Source of the DNA: Vicinamibacteria bacterium
Lineage (GTDB): Bacteria; Acidobacteriota; Vicinamibacteria; Fen-336
NCBI GenBank assembly: GCA_963578825.1
Contig: CAUZDW010000008.1
Location: 24,640-88,639 of the forward strand
DNA length: 64,000 bases
Direction: 5' to 3'
In this document: positions 37,283-46,942 of the stretch, piece after piece
Layout of the letters: every line of letters starts with the position of its first letter
Position numbering within the stretch: the stretch's first letter is position 1
Notes under the pieces: generated by a model
What the model was told of the DNA's origin: nothing
Database searches by the model: none
The model's input: only the letters and a program-made list of their open reading frames with translations
Position numbers and translations under genes: made by a program

Positions 37283-38133
37283 GCTCCCAGGACGGCACGC
37301 GGCTGGTCATCACCGACCTGGACGGAACGCTGCTGGACGGGGAGACCTACGACTTCCGGCCGGCGCAGCCCGGGCTCGACGCCCTGCGCGAGCGGCGAGT
37401 GAGCCTCGTGCTTTGTAGCAGCAAGACCCGGGCGGAGATGGAGCCTCTCGCCCGCGAGCTGGGGCTCGATGCCCCGCTCATCGTGGAGAACGGTGGCGCC
37501 ATCGTCCTTCGGGCGCGGATGCTCCCGTTCCTCCCTCCCGGGGGACGGCAGGACGGCGAGTACCTGGTCATCCCCCTGGGCAGCACTCGCGACGTCCTCC
37601 TCGCCGCCCTCGACCCGGTGGCAAAGGAGGCAGGGGTGACGGTCCGGTCGTTTTCGGTGATGACGCCGGGAGAGGTCGCGAAGCGGACCGGCCTCGACCC
37701 CGAGGCGGCGGCGCGGGCGCTCAAGCGCGAGTGGGACGAGCCGTTCGTGGTGGAACCGGAGGGGGACGGGGCCACGACCCTGCGCCTCGAGGAAGCGGCC
37801 CGGCAGCGGGGCCTTCGGGTGACTCACGGAGGCCGCTTCCACCACCTGACCGGAACCAGCGACAAGGGGCTCGCCGTGCGGATGCTTCTCAAGCTCCTCC
37901 CGGACGACCCGCGAGGGCGAACCGTCGGGCTGGGAGATGCGGCGAACGACCTGCCGATGCTCGAGGCGGTGGACCGGCCGATCCTGATGCCGCGGAGAGA
38001 CGGCACGGTCGACGCCGCCCTGGCGGCGGCGCTGCCGGGGGCGGAGCAGGCTCCGGAGCCCGGGCCGGCGGGCTGGTCTGCGGCCATCCTCGGCGTGTTG
38101 GCCGGAGAGTCGCTGCCCCGGGTCCCTGCATGA
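37279..38133 (+). CDS. HAD-IIB phosphatase of the mannosyl-3-phosphoglycerate phosphatase (MpgP/YedP) family
   Basis: LVITDLDGTLLDG (HAD motif I), SSKT (motif II), GLGDAANDLPML (motif IV). The GTG start overlaps the upstream stop. Confidence 0.75.
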   Translation: MSSQDGTRLVITDLDGTLLDGETYDFRPAQPGLDALRERRVSLVLCSSKTRAEMEPLARELGLDAPLIVENGGAIVLRARMLPFLPPGGRQDGEYLVIPLGSTRDVLLAALDPVAKEAGVTVRSFSVMTPGEVAKRTGLDPEAAARALKREWDEPFVVEPEGDGATTLRLEEAARQRGLRVTHGGRFHHLTGTSDKGLAVRMLLKLLPDDPRGRTVGLGDAANDLPMLEAVDRPILMPRRDGTVDAALAAALPGAEQAPEPGPAGWSAAILGVLAGESLPRVPA

Positions 38134-39395
38134 AGAAGGGCGACGTCCCCCTCGAGCCACACGTCTTGCGGCAGCTCGAGGAGCTCGGCACCATCGATCT
38201 CCTCGTGGGCATCCCGAGCTACAACAACGCGGACACGATTGGCCATGTCGTGCGGGCCGCTGCAGCCGGACTCGCCAAGTACTTCCCGGGGCAATCGGCG
38301 GTGATCGTCAACTCGGATGGAGGTTCGAACGACGGAACCGCAGAGGTCGTGGCGAAGACTGAGCTCCAGTCGCCAAGCGCGATCCTCGTGTCCCACCCGG
38401 TGAGCCCGGCGCACAAGATCGTGACCCCGTACCGTGGGCTGCCGGGCAAGGGCAGCGCCTTCCGCACGGTCTTCGCCATCGCGGAGAGGCTCCAGGCCAG
38501 AGCCTGCGCGGTGGTGGACTCCGATCTGCGCAGCATCAGGCCGGAGTGGTTCGAGCTTCTCCTCGGCCCGATCGTCGCCCAGGATTTCGACTACGTGGCG
38601 CCGATGTACCTCCGGCACAAGTTCGACGGGACGATCACGAACTCGATCGTCTACCCGCTCACCCGGGCGCTCTACGGTCGGGAGGTGAGACAGCCGATCG
38701 GAGGGGAGTTCGGTTTCTCCGGGCGTCTCGCCGGGCACTATCTCAAGAAGCCGGTCTGGGAAACCAACGTGGCCCGATTTGGCATTGACATCTGGATGAC
38801 GACCACGGCGATCGCCGACGGTTTCAAGGTGTGCGAGAGCTTCCTCGGGGCGAAGATCCACGACCCGAAGGATCCCGGCGCCGATCTGGCGGACATGCTG
38901 GTGCAGGTCGTCTCCGCCGTTTTCGATCTGATGGAGACGTACGAGGACCGATGGAAGGAAGTCGAGGGCGCGGAGGACGTGCCTCTGTTCGGCTTCCCGC
39001 ACGACGTCGGCCTCGAGCCGGTGAAGGTGAACGTCGGGCGGATGGTCCGGATCTTCCGCCAGGGCGTGCGAGACCTGGCCGAGGTCTGGGCCCGGGCGCT
39101 GGACGAGGCGACCCTTGCGGCGGTGACGGCGCTGGGCGACGACGATCGAGAGGCCTTCCGCTTCCCGGACTCCTTGTGGGTGAGAGTCGTCTTCGACTAC
39201 GCCCTGGCCTACCGGCGGCGAGCGTTGAACCGCGAGCAGCTCCTGCGCTCGCTGGTGCCGCTCTATCTGGGCCGCACCGCCTCGGTCGTCGTGCAGAACA
39301 TGGACAGCGGGGCCGAGGAGGTCGAGGCTTCGATCCGAGCCCTGGCCGAAACGTTCGTCGGCCAGAAGGACTACCTGCGTGAGCGCTGGACGTGA
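38130..39395 (+). CDS. GpgS-like (GT81-type) glucosyl-3-phosphoglycerate synthase family glycosyltransferase
   Basis: LLVGIPSYNNADTIGHVVRAAAAGL...VIVNSDGGSNDGTAEV...GLPGKGSAFRTVF...VVDSDLRSIRPEW parallels the GpgS pattern (LPALNEE..TI...LDSGSTDDT...PGKGEA...DSDL). ATGA overlap with the phosphatase. Confidence 0.6.
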   Translation: MKKGDVPLEPHVLRQLEELGTIDLLVGIPSYNNADTIGHVVRAAAAGLAKYFPGQSAVIVNSDGGSNDGTAEVVAKTELQSPSAILVSHPVSPAHKIVTPYRGLPGKGSAFRTVFAIAERLQARACAVVDSDLRSIRPEWFELLLGPIVAQDFDYVAPMYLRHKFDGTITNSIVYPLTRALYGREVRQPIGGEFGFSGRLAGHYLKKPVWETNVARFGIDIWMTTTAIADGFKVCESFLGAKIHDPKDPGADLADMLVQVVSAVFDLMETYEDRWKEVEGAEDVPLFGFPHDVGLEPVKVNVGRMVRIFRQGVRDLAEVWARALDEATLAAVTALGDDDREAFRFPDSLWVRVVFDYALAYRRRALNREQLLRSLVPLYLGRTASVVVQNMDSGAEEVEASIRALAETFVGQKDYLRERWT

Positions 39396-39420
39396 GCGCT
39401 TCGCTGGCGAGGAGGACACG

Positions 39421-40122
39421 ATGAAGGAGATCTTCGAGGAGGTCATCAACACCACGCTCGCGGAAGTCGGCGCGCGGTTCCAGGACTTCGTCCCGAACCT
39501 GCTGGCGATGCTGACTCTCCTGACGATCGGGATCCTCGCTGCGGTGACCCTCCGCCTATCGGTGGGCTTCGCCCTCAAGTGGATCTCCTTCGATCGCTTC
39601 TCCGAGAGGACCGGCATCAGCACCGTGCTGCGAAAGGGAGGCATCCGGGCCGTCCCCTCCCGGGTCCTGGCCCTCACCCTCGCGTGGCTCGTCCTGGCCG
39701 TGTTCGTGCTCCTCGCGGTGGCGGCGCTCGACCTGAGCGCGGCGGTGAACCTCGTGAACCAGGCCTTCGCCTACCTCCCGCATCTCCTCGTGGCCTTCGC
39801 GCTCGTTCTGCTGGGCAGCCTCGTCGCCGGCTTCGTCCGCCGTAGCGTCCTGATCGCCGCGGTCAACGCGGGAGTGCCGTCGGCCAGGCTCCTGGCGGGG
39901 GGGGCGCAGGTGGCTCTTCTCGTCCTCTTTGCAGCCATGGCCCTCGAGCATCTGGGACTGGGCCGCCAGGTGATCCTGACCTCCTTCAGCATCGTGTTCG
40001 GCGGCGTCGTCTTCGCTCTCGCGCTGGCCTTCGGTCTCGCGGGCCGCGACATGGCTCGTGAGACCCTCGAGAGGATGAGATCGCGCCAGACTAAGGAGGA
40101 CGACGAGCTGAAGCACCTCTAA
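39421..40122 (+). CDS. MscS-related membrane protein (conserved TM-helix repeat, PF05552-like)
   Basis: SD GGAGGA before the ATG. Four or more TM helices with repeated LAxxVxLxxAxxAL patterns and a charged C-terminal tail. Confidence 0.5.
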   Translation: MKEIFEEVINTTLAEVGARFQDFVPNLLAMLTLLTIGILAAVTLRLSVGFALKWISFDRFSERTGISTVLRKGGIRAVPSRVLALTLAWLVLAVFVLLAVAALDLSAAVNLVNQAFAYLPHLLVAFALVLLGSLVAGFVRRSVLIAAVNAGVPSARLLAGGAQVALLVLFAAMALEHLGLGRQVILTSFSIVFGGVVFALALAFGLAGRDMARETLERMRSRQTKEDDELKHL

Positions 40123-40168
40123 GAGCTCGTGGCGGCTTGCGGGACCTCTGCCCAGGCTCTCGAGGTTG

Positions 40169-42214
40169 CTAGCTCTGGATCTTCCCCAGCGCCTGACGCA
40201 ATGCCTCTCGAAAGTCGTCGTCGAGCATCTCGTTGTGGAGTTGCTCGTCCGTGGCGTCGGGCGAGAGGTATCGACCCTGGCCCAGGACTTTCTCGATGAG
40301 CGGCACGGCCTTGCTGGCGCGGGGCCCGAACGCGCCGAGGGACTTCGTTGCCGCGATGCGCACGGTCCAGTTCGAATCGGTCCGCAGGAGGTAGATCAGT
40401 ATGTCGAGTCCTTTCTCCCTGTCGAGGACCAGATCGCGCGCGCCGCGGGCTCGAACTTCCGGGTCGCTCGCGCGCGTTCTTCTTCGGGCGTTCTGGATCC
40501 GGGCTCGCGCCGCCGTTTTCTGCTGCCCCGCCCGAAAACGCTCCATCTGCGCCGCTCGCTGCAGCAGCCCCTTGTCGAGCTGATCGATGTACTCGGCGAG
40601 GCGCGGGTCGGAACGACCCGCCGCGATCATCTTCTTCTCGAAGGCACGGGCGTTCTCCAAGTCCAGCTTGTAGATGTAGGCCAGGGTGATTCCCCAGTAG
40701 GCTTCGGCCGCGAGGGTGTCGTCGAACTCCGCACCCTTCTTGTACCAGGCGATGGCTTCGTCGTACTCCTTCATCTCCGTGTAGGCCCACCCGAGACCCA
40801 ACGCCGCCTGCACCTGCTTCGGCTCGATCTCGAGCGCCTTGCGGTAGGCGGCGATCGACTCGGTGGGCTCGTCCCGGCTGCGGTAGACCCATCCGAGGTT
40901 CACCCAGGCATCCCCCTCCTCGTAGCCCGGAGTTTCGACGACCTTCTTGAGCTCTGCGAGCCCGCCGTCGAGATCGCCACTCATCCCGAGGAGCAAGCCA
41001 TGGGTCGAGCGGTAGCCGACGCTCTGAGGAGCCAGCTCAACGGCCCTGCCGTAGGCGTCGGCCGCGTCGTCGAGCCGGTCGCTGAACTGATAGGCCCGTC
41101 CCAGGAGTGCCCAGCCGTCGGCGTTACCGGGCAGGCCCTTGAGCGCGCTCTCGAGGTAGCCCAGGGCGGCCGCGTGGTCGCCCTCGCGCTCCGACATCTC
41201 TCCGAGGAGCATCTGGATCTGTGGGCTCGTGGGGTTGTCGGCGGCGGCCTTCTTCGCCTCCTCCATGGCGGCGTCGCCGTGGCCGCGAGCCAGCTCCGCC
41301 TCGATCAGCGCCAGGCGGGCGGGGGCGAAGCCGGGGTCGAGCTCCAGCGCCCTCCTGTAAGAGCGGGCGGCCAGATCGACCTGGCGGTTGGCCTCGAAGA
41401 TACGACCCACCGCGGTCTGCGTGATCGGGTTCGCCGGATTGAGAAAAGCGCCCTGCTGGGCCTGGGCGATGGCTGCGCCCCAGTTGTTCAGGTTCTCGGC
41501 GAGGAGGGCTTCGCCCAGGAGGGCGAAGCCCTCGGCGAAGGTCTCGTCGAGCCTAGTCGCCTGGCGTCCGGACGTGACAGCTTCCTTGGGCTTCCCCAGG
41601 GCGACCTGCACCCTGGCCAGCCGCGAGTAGGCGAGCGCCGACCGGGGGTCGAGCTCCACCGCCTGGCGCAGGGCCTGCTCCGCGTCGGCGTTGCGGCCGA
41701 GGGCGAAGAGGGCCTCTCCCCGAGCGATGTGCGCGGGTGCGCTGTGAGGACCGGTCGCGACCGCCCGGTCGGCGGTCTCCAGGGCGCCGGGACCGTCTTG
41801 GGTGCGCACCTGGGCGCGGGCCTTCGCCGCCAGAGTCGTGACGGTGGCCCCGGCCTCAACCGCCCGGTTTGCCAGCTCGAGCGCGTCCCTCCCGGTGCCC
41901 GTCCGCAATGCAAAGGTCGCGGCGGCGGCCAGGACGTCGGGACGCACGGCCGGGCTGGCGGTGGCTTGGGCGCGCTCGTAGGCGGCAGCGGCCTCCTCGA
42001 GATTGCCCAACCGTTCCTGCAGGCGGCCGAGTGCGAGGCAGCCCACGGCGCCGGCCTCCTCGGCGGCCTTCGTCAGGGTCTGGATCGCTTCGTCGGGCTT
42101 GCTCTCCTCGATCTGCTCGTGGGCTTTGTCGATGGCCTTGTCGAGCTTCGATTGGGCCCAAAGGGGACTGGCAAGCAGGGCCGCGACGAGCGACATGGCT
42201 GGCAAGTGGCGCAT
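40169..42214 (-). CDS. Secreted TPR-repeat protein with C-terminal HEAT/PBS-lyase-like repeats
   Basis: Signal MRHLPAMSLVAALLASPLWAQS. Many 34-aa TPR units (…ALGRLQERLGNLEEAAAAYERA…, …AYRKALEIEPKQVQAALGLGWAYTEMKEYDEAIAWYKKGAEFD…). The C-terminus DPEVRARGARDLV…NWTVRIAATKSLG is HEAT-like. Confidence 0.75.
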   Translation of the reverse strand: MRHLPAMSLVAALLASPLWAQSKLDKAIDKAHEQIEESKPDEAIQTLTKAAEEAGAVGCLALGRLQERLGNLEEAAAAYERAQATASPAVRPDVLAAAATFALRTGTGRDALELANRAVEAGATVTTLAAKARAQVRTQDGPGALETADRAVATGPHSAPAHIARGEALFALGRNADAEQALRQAVELDPRSALAYSRLARVQVALGKPKEAVTSGRQATRLDETFAEGFALLGEALLAENLNNWGAAIAQAQQGAFLNPANPITQTAVGRIFEANRQVDLAARSYRRALELDPGFAPARLALIEAELARGHGDAAMEEAKKAAADNPTSPQIQMLLGEMSEREGDHAAALGYLESALKGLPGNADGWALLGRAYQFSDRLDDAADAYGRAVELAPQSVGYRSTHGLLLGMSGDLDGGLAELKKVVETPGYEEGDAWVNLGWVYRSRDEPTESIAAYRKALEIEPKQVQAALGLGWAYTEMKEYDEAIAWYKKGAEFDDTLAAEAYWGITLAYIYKLDLENARAFEKKMIAAGRSDPRLAEYIDQLDKGLLQRAAQMERFRAGQQKTAARARIQNARRRTRASDPEVRARGARDLVLDREKGLDILIYLLRTDSNWTVRIAATKSLGAFGPRASKAVPLIEKVLGQGRYLSPDATDEQLHNEMLDDDFREALRQALGKIQS

Positions 42215-42278
42215 GGCGAGCCTCCTCTCGGTCGCTTCCTAACACTTATCACACAAACAAGCCGCACTCGCACCCAAG

Positions 42279-42300
42279 GTGTCCTGCTGCAGCAGGACAC
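42279..42300. promoter_or_regulatory. Perfect 22-bp palindrome GTGTCCTGCTG|CAGCAGGACAC
   Basis: 11-bp arms with no spacer, in the divergent intergenic region 65 nt upstream of the TPR gene start and about 270 nt upstream of the ATP-grasp gene start. Confidence 0.45.
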
Positions 42301-42570
42301 GGCAGGTGCCTCAGATTCGGTTCGGTTTGCCCCGGGGCTCGGGAAAACGAAAGCCTCTCCCCGATGCCTGGGCGGCGTACGCCGAGGCAGATGGTACCTC
42401 GCAAGTGATCGGCACCAAATTTTGTCGCTCGGATCCAATCTCGAACGTGTCTGGTCGACGCCAACGACTACCGACCGCGACAGCAAGGCCACCTCGCTCG
42501 GGAGCACTTCCACCACGGTCTCCTGGCGAAGCACGCCGGCGGGAGATCACGGGGCCGACGAGGAGAACCC

Positions 42571-43508
42571 ATGGCGGAGAGCGACACACGGATCGGCATC
42601 CTGCGCGGGCGCGAAAACTCCTTCCCCGACGCCTTCATCGAGAAGGTGAACGGGACGGCAAGGGCGTGAGTGCGGAGTACGTCCAGCTGGGCGGCACCAA
42701 GCTCAACGAGGATGTCCCCTATCGAGTCATCGTCGACCGCATGAGCCACGAGGTCCCGTACTACGAGGTCTAGCTGAAGATGGTGGCGCTGCAGGGGACT
42801 TACTGCATCAACAACACGTTCTGGCGCTGCGCCAACGACAAGTTCTTCGGCTATGCCGTGGCGGAGAAGCTCGGGATCGCCTCGCCGAAGACGGTGGTGC
42901 TCCCGAACAAATCCTATGTGGAGGATGTGACCGGGGACAGTCTGCGAAACCTCTGGCCCGTCGACTTTGCCGGCCTCCTGGACTACGTGGGCACGCCCTG
43001 CATCATGAAGCCCGCCTTCGGAGGCGGCTGGAAGAACGTCAACAAGATCCACTCGCTGGACGAGCTGATGGAGAAGTACGACGACTCCGGGACCCTCACG
43101 TTGATGTTGCAGGAGTTCATTTCCTGGGATGTCTTCATCCGGATTCCCACGGTGGGTCGGCGTTGGGCCCGGGCAATCCGCTACGATCCCGCGCCCCTCG
43201 CCCAGGGGGGCTATGATCAGGACTACGACGCGCTGAGCGCAAAGCTCCGGGACGAGGCCGAAGAGTTGTCCCTGCGGTTCAACCAGGCCCTGGGCTACGA
43301 CATGAATGCCGTGGAGTTCGCTGTGAAGGACGATCGCTTCTACGGGATCGACCTCACGAACTACACCCCGGACTTCGACCATCGCAGCCTGAAGGACGCC
43401 CACTTCCCCTGGGTCGTGGAGAAGATGGCGTCGTACGCGGTGGAAAAGGCCCTCTCGGACGAGCCCACGCCGAAGGTACCGGACTGGAAGGCGCTTCTCC
43501 TGCGCTAG
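42571..43508 (+). pseudogene. ATP-grasp family protein disrupted by a frameshift and an in-frame TAG
   Basis: The ATG at 42571 (SD GAGGAGAA) gives MAESDTRIGILRGRENSFPDAFIEKVNGTARA and then TGA at 42667. The neighbouring frame continues as GKGVSAEYVQLGGTKLNEDVPYRVIVDRMSHEVPYYEV, then TAG (42771-42773), then in the same frame LKMVALQGTYCINNTFW...CIMKPAFGGGWKNVNKIHSLDEL (ATP-grasp B-loop) through to 43508. Confidence 0.55.
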
Positions 43509-43569
43509 CTCTCTAGAATAGGGAGGGCACGAGGTCCAGTGCCGGGCCGCCGCAGGGCTTGGCGCGGGT

Positions 43570-44733
43570 TCAGCGGGCTGGTGGCATCAGCAGCAGGCAC
43601 ACAGGCTTCGGCACCCTCACCGGCGCCCCGACCGCAGCCGGCAGGCCGGTGGCGAGGTCGAGCCGAAAGACAGTGACCGTGGCCGAATTCTGGTTGGCGA
43701 CGAGGAGCAGTCGGCCCGTCCCATCGATGGCGAAGTGGCGTGGGTTACGGCCGCCTGTCGAAACGTGACCGGCTGGCGCCAGACGGCCCGAGTTCTCGTC
43801 GATGGTGAAGACGGCAAGGGAGTCGTGCCCGCGGTTGGAGCCGTAGAGGAAACGACCGTCCGGGGAGACCGCAATCTCGGCCGTCGAATTGCGGCCCTCG
43901 AAACCGATGGGGAGCGTCGTGATCGTCTGCGCGGGCTCGAGGATTCCGGAGGCAGCCTCGTAGCGAAACACTGTGACCGTGGAGAGAAGCTCGTTGATGG
44001 CGTAGACGTGGTTCCCGGAGGGATGGAACACGACGTGGCGCGGTCCCGACCCGGGCTCCGCGGCAGCGGACGGTGGGGTGTTCGGCTCGAGCGTGCCCGC
44101 GGCGGGATCGAAGCGATGGACGAAGACCCGGTCCGCGCCCAGGTCGGTGACGAGGGCAAAGCGCTCGTTCGGCGCCAGCGCCAGGCCGTGAGCGTGGGGC
44201 CTCTCCTGCCGCCGGCTGTCGGGTCCGGTCCCCTCGTGCACCCGAACGGCGGACGGGGCCTCCAGTCGACCGTCTGCCGTCAGCGGAAGGACTGAGACGT
44301 TGCCCCCGTTGTAGTTGGCCACGAGTACATTCCGTCCGGCGGCGTCGAGCAGGAGATGGCAAGGGTGTGCCCCCATCGACGGCTGCCGGTTGAGCAGCCG
44401 CAGATCGCCGCTCGCCGGGTCGATGGCGAAGGCGCTCACGGCCCCCGTGCTTTCTCCCCCGAAGTCGTCCGTCTCGTTGACCGCGTAGAGAAACCGCCCG
44501 GCCGGATGGAGGGCCAGAAAGGACGGGCTCTCTGAGTCTGCCGCCAGGGCGGAGCTCGTGGCCTTGCCGGAGTCGGGGTCGACCGCGAAGCGGTAGATCC
44601 CCCGGCTTTCGCCGTCGGTGTATGTACCGACGTAGACGACGATCATACCGTCTTCGGGCTCGGGCGCCCGGGCCGACGACCCGGTCGACGCTGCGGCAAG
44701 CGCCGCGAGGAGGATGATGGCTGTCTTGTCCAC
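43570..44733 (-). CDS. Lactonase family 7-bladed beta-propeller protein (6-phosphogluconolactonase-like), secreted
   Basis: Signal peptide, then repeated motifs of the carboxy-cis,cis-muconate cyclase/Pgl fold (YVGTYT…GIYRF, …PRHVVFHPSGNHVYAINEL…, …PRHFAIDGTGRLLLVANQNS…). Confidence 0.75.
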   Translation of the reverse strand: MDKTAIILLAALAAASTGSSARAPEPEDGMIVVYVGTYTDGESRGIYRFAVDPDSGKATSSALAADSESPSFLALHPAGRFLYAVNETDDFGGESTGAVSAFAIDPASGDLRLLNRQPSMGAHPCHLLLDAAGRNVLVANYNGGNVSVLPLTADGRLEAPSAVRVHEGTGPDSRRQERPHAHGLALAPNERFALVTDLGADRVFVHRFDPAAGTLEPNTPPSAAAEPGSGPRHVVFHPSGNHVYAINELLSTVTVFRYEAASGILEPAQTITTLPIGFEGRNSTAEIAVSPDGRFLYGSNRGHDSLAVFTIDENSGRLAPAGHVSTGGRNPRHFAIDGTGRLLLVANQNSATVTVFRLDLATGLPAAVGAPVRVPKPVCLLLMPPAR

Positions 44734-44801
44734 GTTCGAGCCCTCTCCCGGGCGTCAGGGCTGCCCGTCTCCGTCTTCGTCTTCATATCCAGCGCTCCAC
44801 T

Positions 44802-45293
44802 CTACTCCAGAGTGGACTGCAAGACCCTGGCGGTCTGCTCCTCGCGAAACGCGCGGAGCTTGTCCTTGAGCGCGGGCCGCGTGAGGGCCAGGATGGCAAC
44901 GGCGAGGAGCGCGGCGTTGGTCGCACCCGGCTTGCCGATTGCGAGAGTCCCTACGGGGATACCACCGGGCATCTGCACGGTGGCGAGGAGAGAGTCCAGG
45001 CCCTTGAGGGATACGCTCTCCATGGGCACGCCGAGGACCGGAAGCAGCGTGTGGGCCGCGACCACGCCGGCGAGATGGGCGGCGCCCCCGGCGGCGGCGA
45101 TCATGACCTCGATCCCCCGCTCCTCAGCCGAGGAGACATACTCGACAGTGGCCGCCGGCGTCCTGTGGGCCGAGAGGACGCGGCACTCGTGAGGAACACC
45201 GAAGCTGGCGAGGGTGTCCCTTGCGCGCTGCATCGTCTCCCAATCGGACGTGCTGCCCATGACGATGCCCACCAGGGGTGACTCGGAGGTCAT
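44802..45293 (-). CDS. purE: N5-carboxyaminoimidazole ribonucleotide mutase
   Basis: [16 protein letters not shown]...[24 protein letters not shown] is a near-identical PurE motif set. 163 aa. Confidence 0.9.
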   Translation of the reverse strand: MTSESPLVGIVMGSTSDWETMQRARDTLASFGVPHECRVLSAHRTPAATVEYVSSAEERGIEVMIAAAGGAAHLAGVVAAHTLLPVLGVPMESVSLKGLDSLLATVQMPGGIPVGTLAIGKPGATNAALLAVAILALTRPALKDKLRAFREEQTARVLQSTLE

Positions 45294-45775
45294 CGCGTGG
45301 TCGCCGCTCGAGCCTTCTTCCGATGCTTCGACCCGTTCGAGGGGATCACTCCCGGGTGCAGCGCCGGCGGAAGGAACTTCTTCTCGACCTTCTTGTAGAC
45401 CTTCGGACGATTGTCACGGAGCCACTCGAGGAAGACGACCGGGTCGCGGAACGTGAGCGACTCGTGATCTTGATCGTTCACCTCGCAGGTTCTGTTGTCG
45501 AAGTTCCGGCAGAGATGGGGTCGTGTCTCGTAGATGCCACACAGGAGGTCGTCGCCGAGATTGCGGCATCGGGTCTCGAAGTGAACAGACCATTCCTTGT
45601 TGCCGTCGACATAGACGTACACGCTCTCGTGGTAGAGGTACCAGAGGATGTCGGTGGCGTAGCGCGCCCTGTTGGGCGTCTCTATCCCCACACCGACGTA
45701 GGTGCAGCACTTGGCGCAGTCGGTGCACTCGACGATCGCCCCTTCACGGACGACGGGCAACGGGATTCGATTCAC
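45290..45775 (-). CDS. YkgJ-family putative Fe-S/zinc cluster protein (CxxCxxCC motif)
   Basis: GTG start after [26 protein letters not shown] and later [14 protein letters not shown]. The stop overlaps the purE start. The 161-aa length was checked against the coordinates. Confidence 0.6.
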   Translation of the reverse strand: MNRIPLPVVREGAIVECTDCAKCCTYVGVGIETPNRARYATDILWYLYHESVYVYVDGNKEWSVHFETRCRNLGDDLLCGIYETRPHLCRNFDNRTCEVNDQDHESLTFRDPVVFLEWLRDNRPKVYKKVEKKFLPPALHPGVIPSNGSKHRKKARAATTR

Positions 45776-45867
45776 GGGTTCGTCCCTCCTGCGATGATCC
45801 GGGGGTACCGGTGGCGCGCCGCTCGTGCCGCAGCCGCCCCGCGCCAGCGGACCGTCAGAATAGCATC

Positions 45868-45912
45868 TCCTGTGCTTGACCGCTCCGCTCACGGTGGTTC
45901 TAATAGGCGATC
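45868..45912 (+). promoter_or_regulatory. Sigma-70-like promoter candidate for fabH
   Basis: TTGACC (45868-45873), a 17-nt spacer, then TCTAAT. The -10 is imperfect. Confidence 0.3.
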
Positions 45913-45926
45913 GACCTGCCGAGGAG

Positions 45927-45936
45927 CCCCCCCCCC
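45927..45936. repeat. Homopolymeric C10 tract between the fabH SD and start codon
   Basis: GAGGAG-CCCCCCCCCC-T-ATG, read directly from the sequence. Confidence 0.7.
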
Positions 45937-45937
45937 T

Positions 45938-46942
45938 ATGAGCCAGAGACGGGCCCGTATCACCTCACTCGGGACGTTTGTGCCGGAGAAGGTGCTCACC
46001 AACGCCGATCTGGCGAAGATCGTCGACACCTCGGACGAGTGGGTTCGAACCCGCACCGGGATCGAGCGTCGGCACGTGGTCGAGCCGGGAACGCCGACCA
46101 GTGAGCTCGCCGTCTCCGCCGCCCGCGAGGCGCTGCGCCGCCGGGAGATCGGTCCCGAGGACCTGGACCTCATCGTCGTGGCGACGGTGACGCCGGACAT
46201 GCTGTTTCCGGCGACGGCCTGCATCGTCCAGGACAAGCTCGGCGCCGTCGGGGCGTGGGGTTTCGACGTCTCCGCGGCCTGCTCGGGCTTTCTCTACGCG
46301 CTCACCGTGGGCGCACAGTTCATCCAGACCGGGACCCACCAGAAGGTCCTCGTGATCGGGGCCGACGTGATGACCTCGATCCTGGATTACGATGATCGCT
46401 CGACCTGCGTCCTCTTCGGGGACGGTGCCGGCGCGGTGCTCCTCGAGCCAGGTGAGGACGGTTCCGGCATCCTGGACTTCGGCCACGAGGTCGACGGCTC
46501 GGGAGCCAGCTTCCTCAACATGCCCGCCGGCGGCAGCCTGCGGCCCGCGACCCACGAGACGGTCGACGAGAGGCTGCACTACGTCAAGCAGGAAGGGGCA
46601 AGCGTCTTCAAATACGCCGTGCGGAAGTTCGCAGAGTCAGCGGAGGGGCTCCTGCTGCGGAACGACTTCACCGGCACCGACGTGGATCTCTTCGTCGCCC
46701 ACCAGGCGAACATCCGGATCATCGAGGCTGTCCAGCGGCGCCTCGGACTCCCGGAGGAGAAGGTCGTGAAGAACATTCACGAGTACGGGAACACGACCGC
46801 CGCGACGATCCCGCTCGCGCTGGGGACGGCCCTCGAACAGAAACGCGTGGACGAGGGTCACCTCGTTCTGCTCAGCGCCGTCGGAGCCGGCTACACGGCC
46901 GGCTCGGTTCTGGTGCGCTGGTCCGGGGTGCCCTGGGACTAG
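45938..46942 (+). CDS. fabH: 3-oxoacyl-ACP synthase III
   Basis: Catalytic Cys in [11 protein letters not shown], His in [10 protein letters not shown], Asn in [12 protein letters not shown]. 334 aa. Confidence 0.9.
   Translation: MSQRRARITSLGTFVPEKVLTNADLAKIVDTSDEWVRTRTGIERRHVVEPGTPTSELAVSAAREALRRREIGPEDLDLIVVATVTPDMLFPATACIVQDKLGAVGAWGFDVSAACSGFLYALTVGAQFIQTGTHQKVLVIGADVMTSILDYDDRSTCVLFGDGAGAVLLEPGEDGSGILDFGHEVDGSGASFLNMPAGGSLRPATHETVDERLHYVKQEGASVFKYAVRKFAESAEGLLLRNDFTGTDVDLFVAHQANIRIIEAVQRRLGLPEEKVVKNIHEYGNTTAATIPLALGTALEQKRVDEGHLVLLSAVGAGYTAGSVLVRWSGVPWD

Noticed and set aside
46030-46060. tRNA-like TΨC motif GGGTTCGAACCC
   Set aside because: It lies inside fabH and encodes …EWVRTRTG… in frame. 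There is no cloverleaf context.
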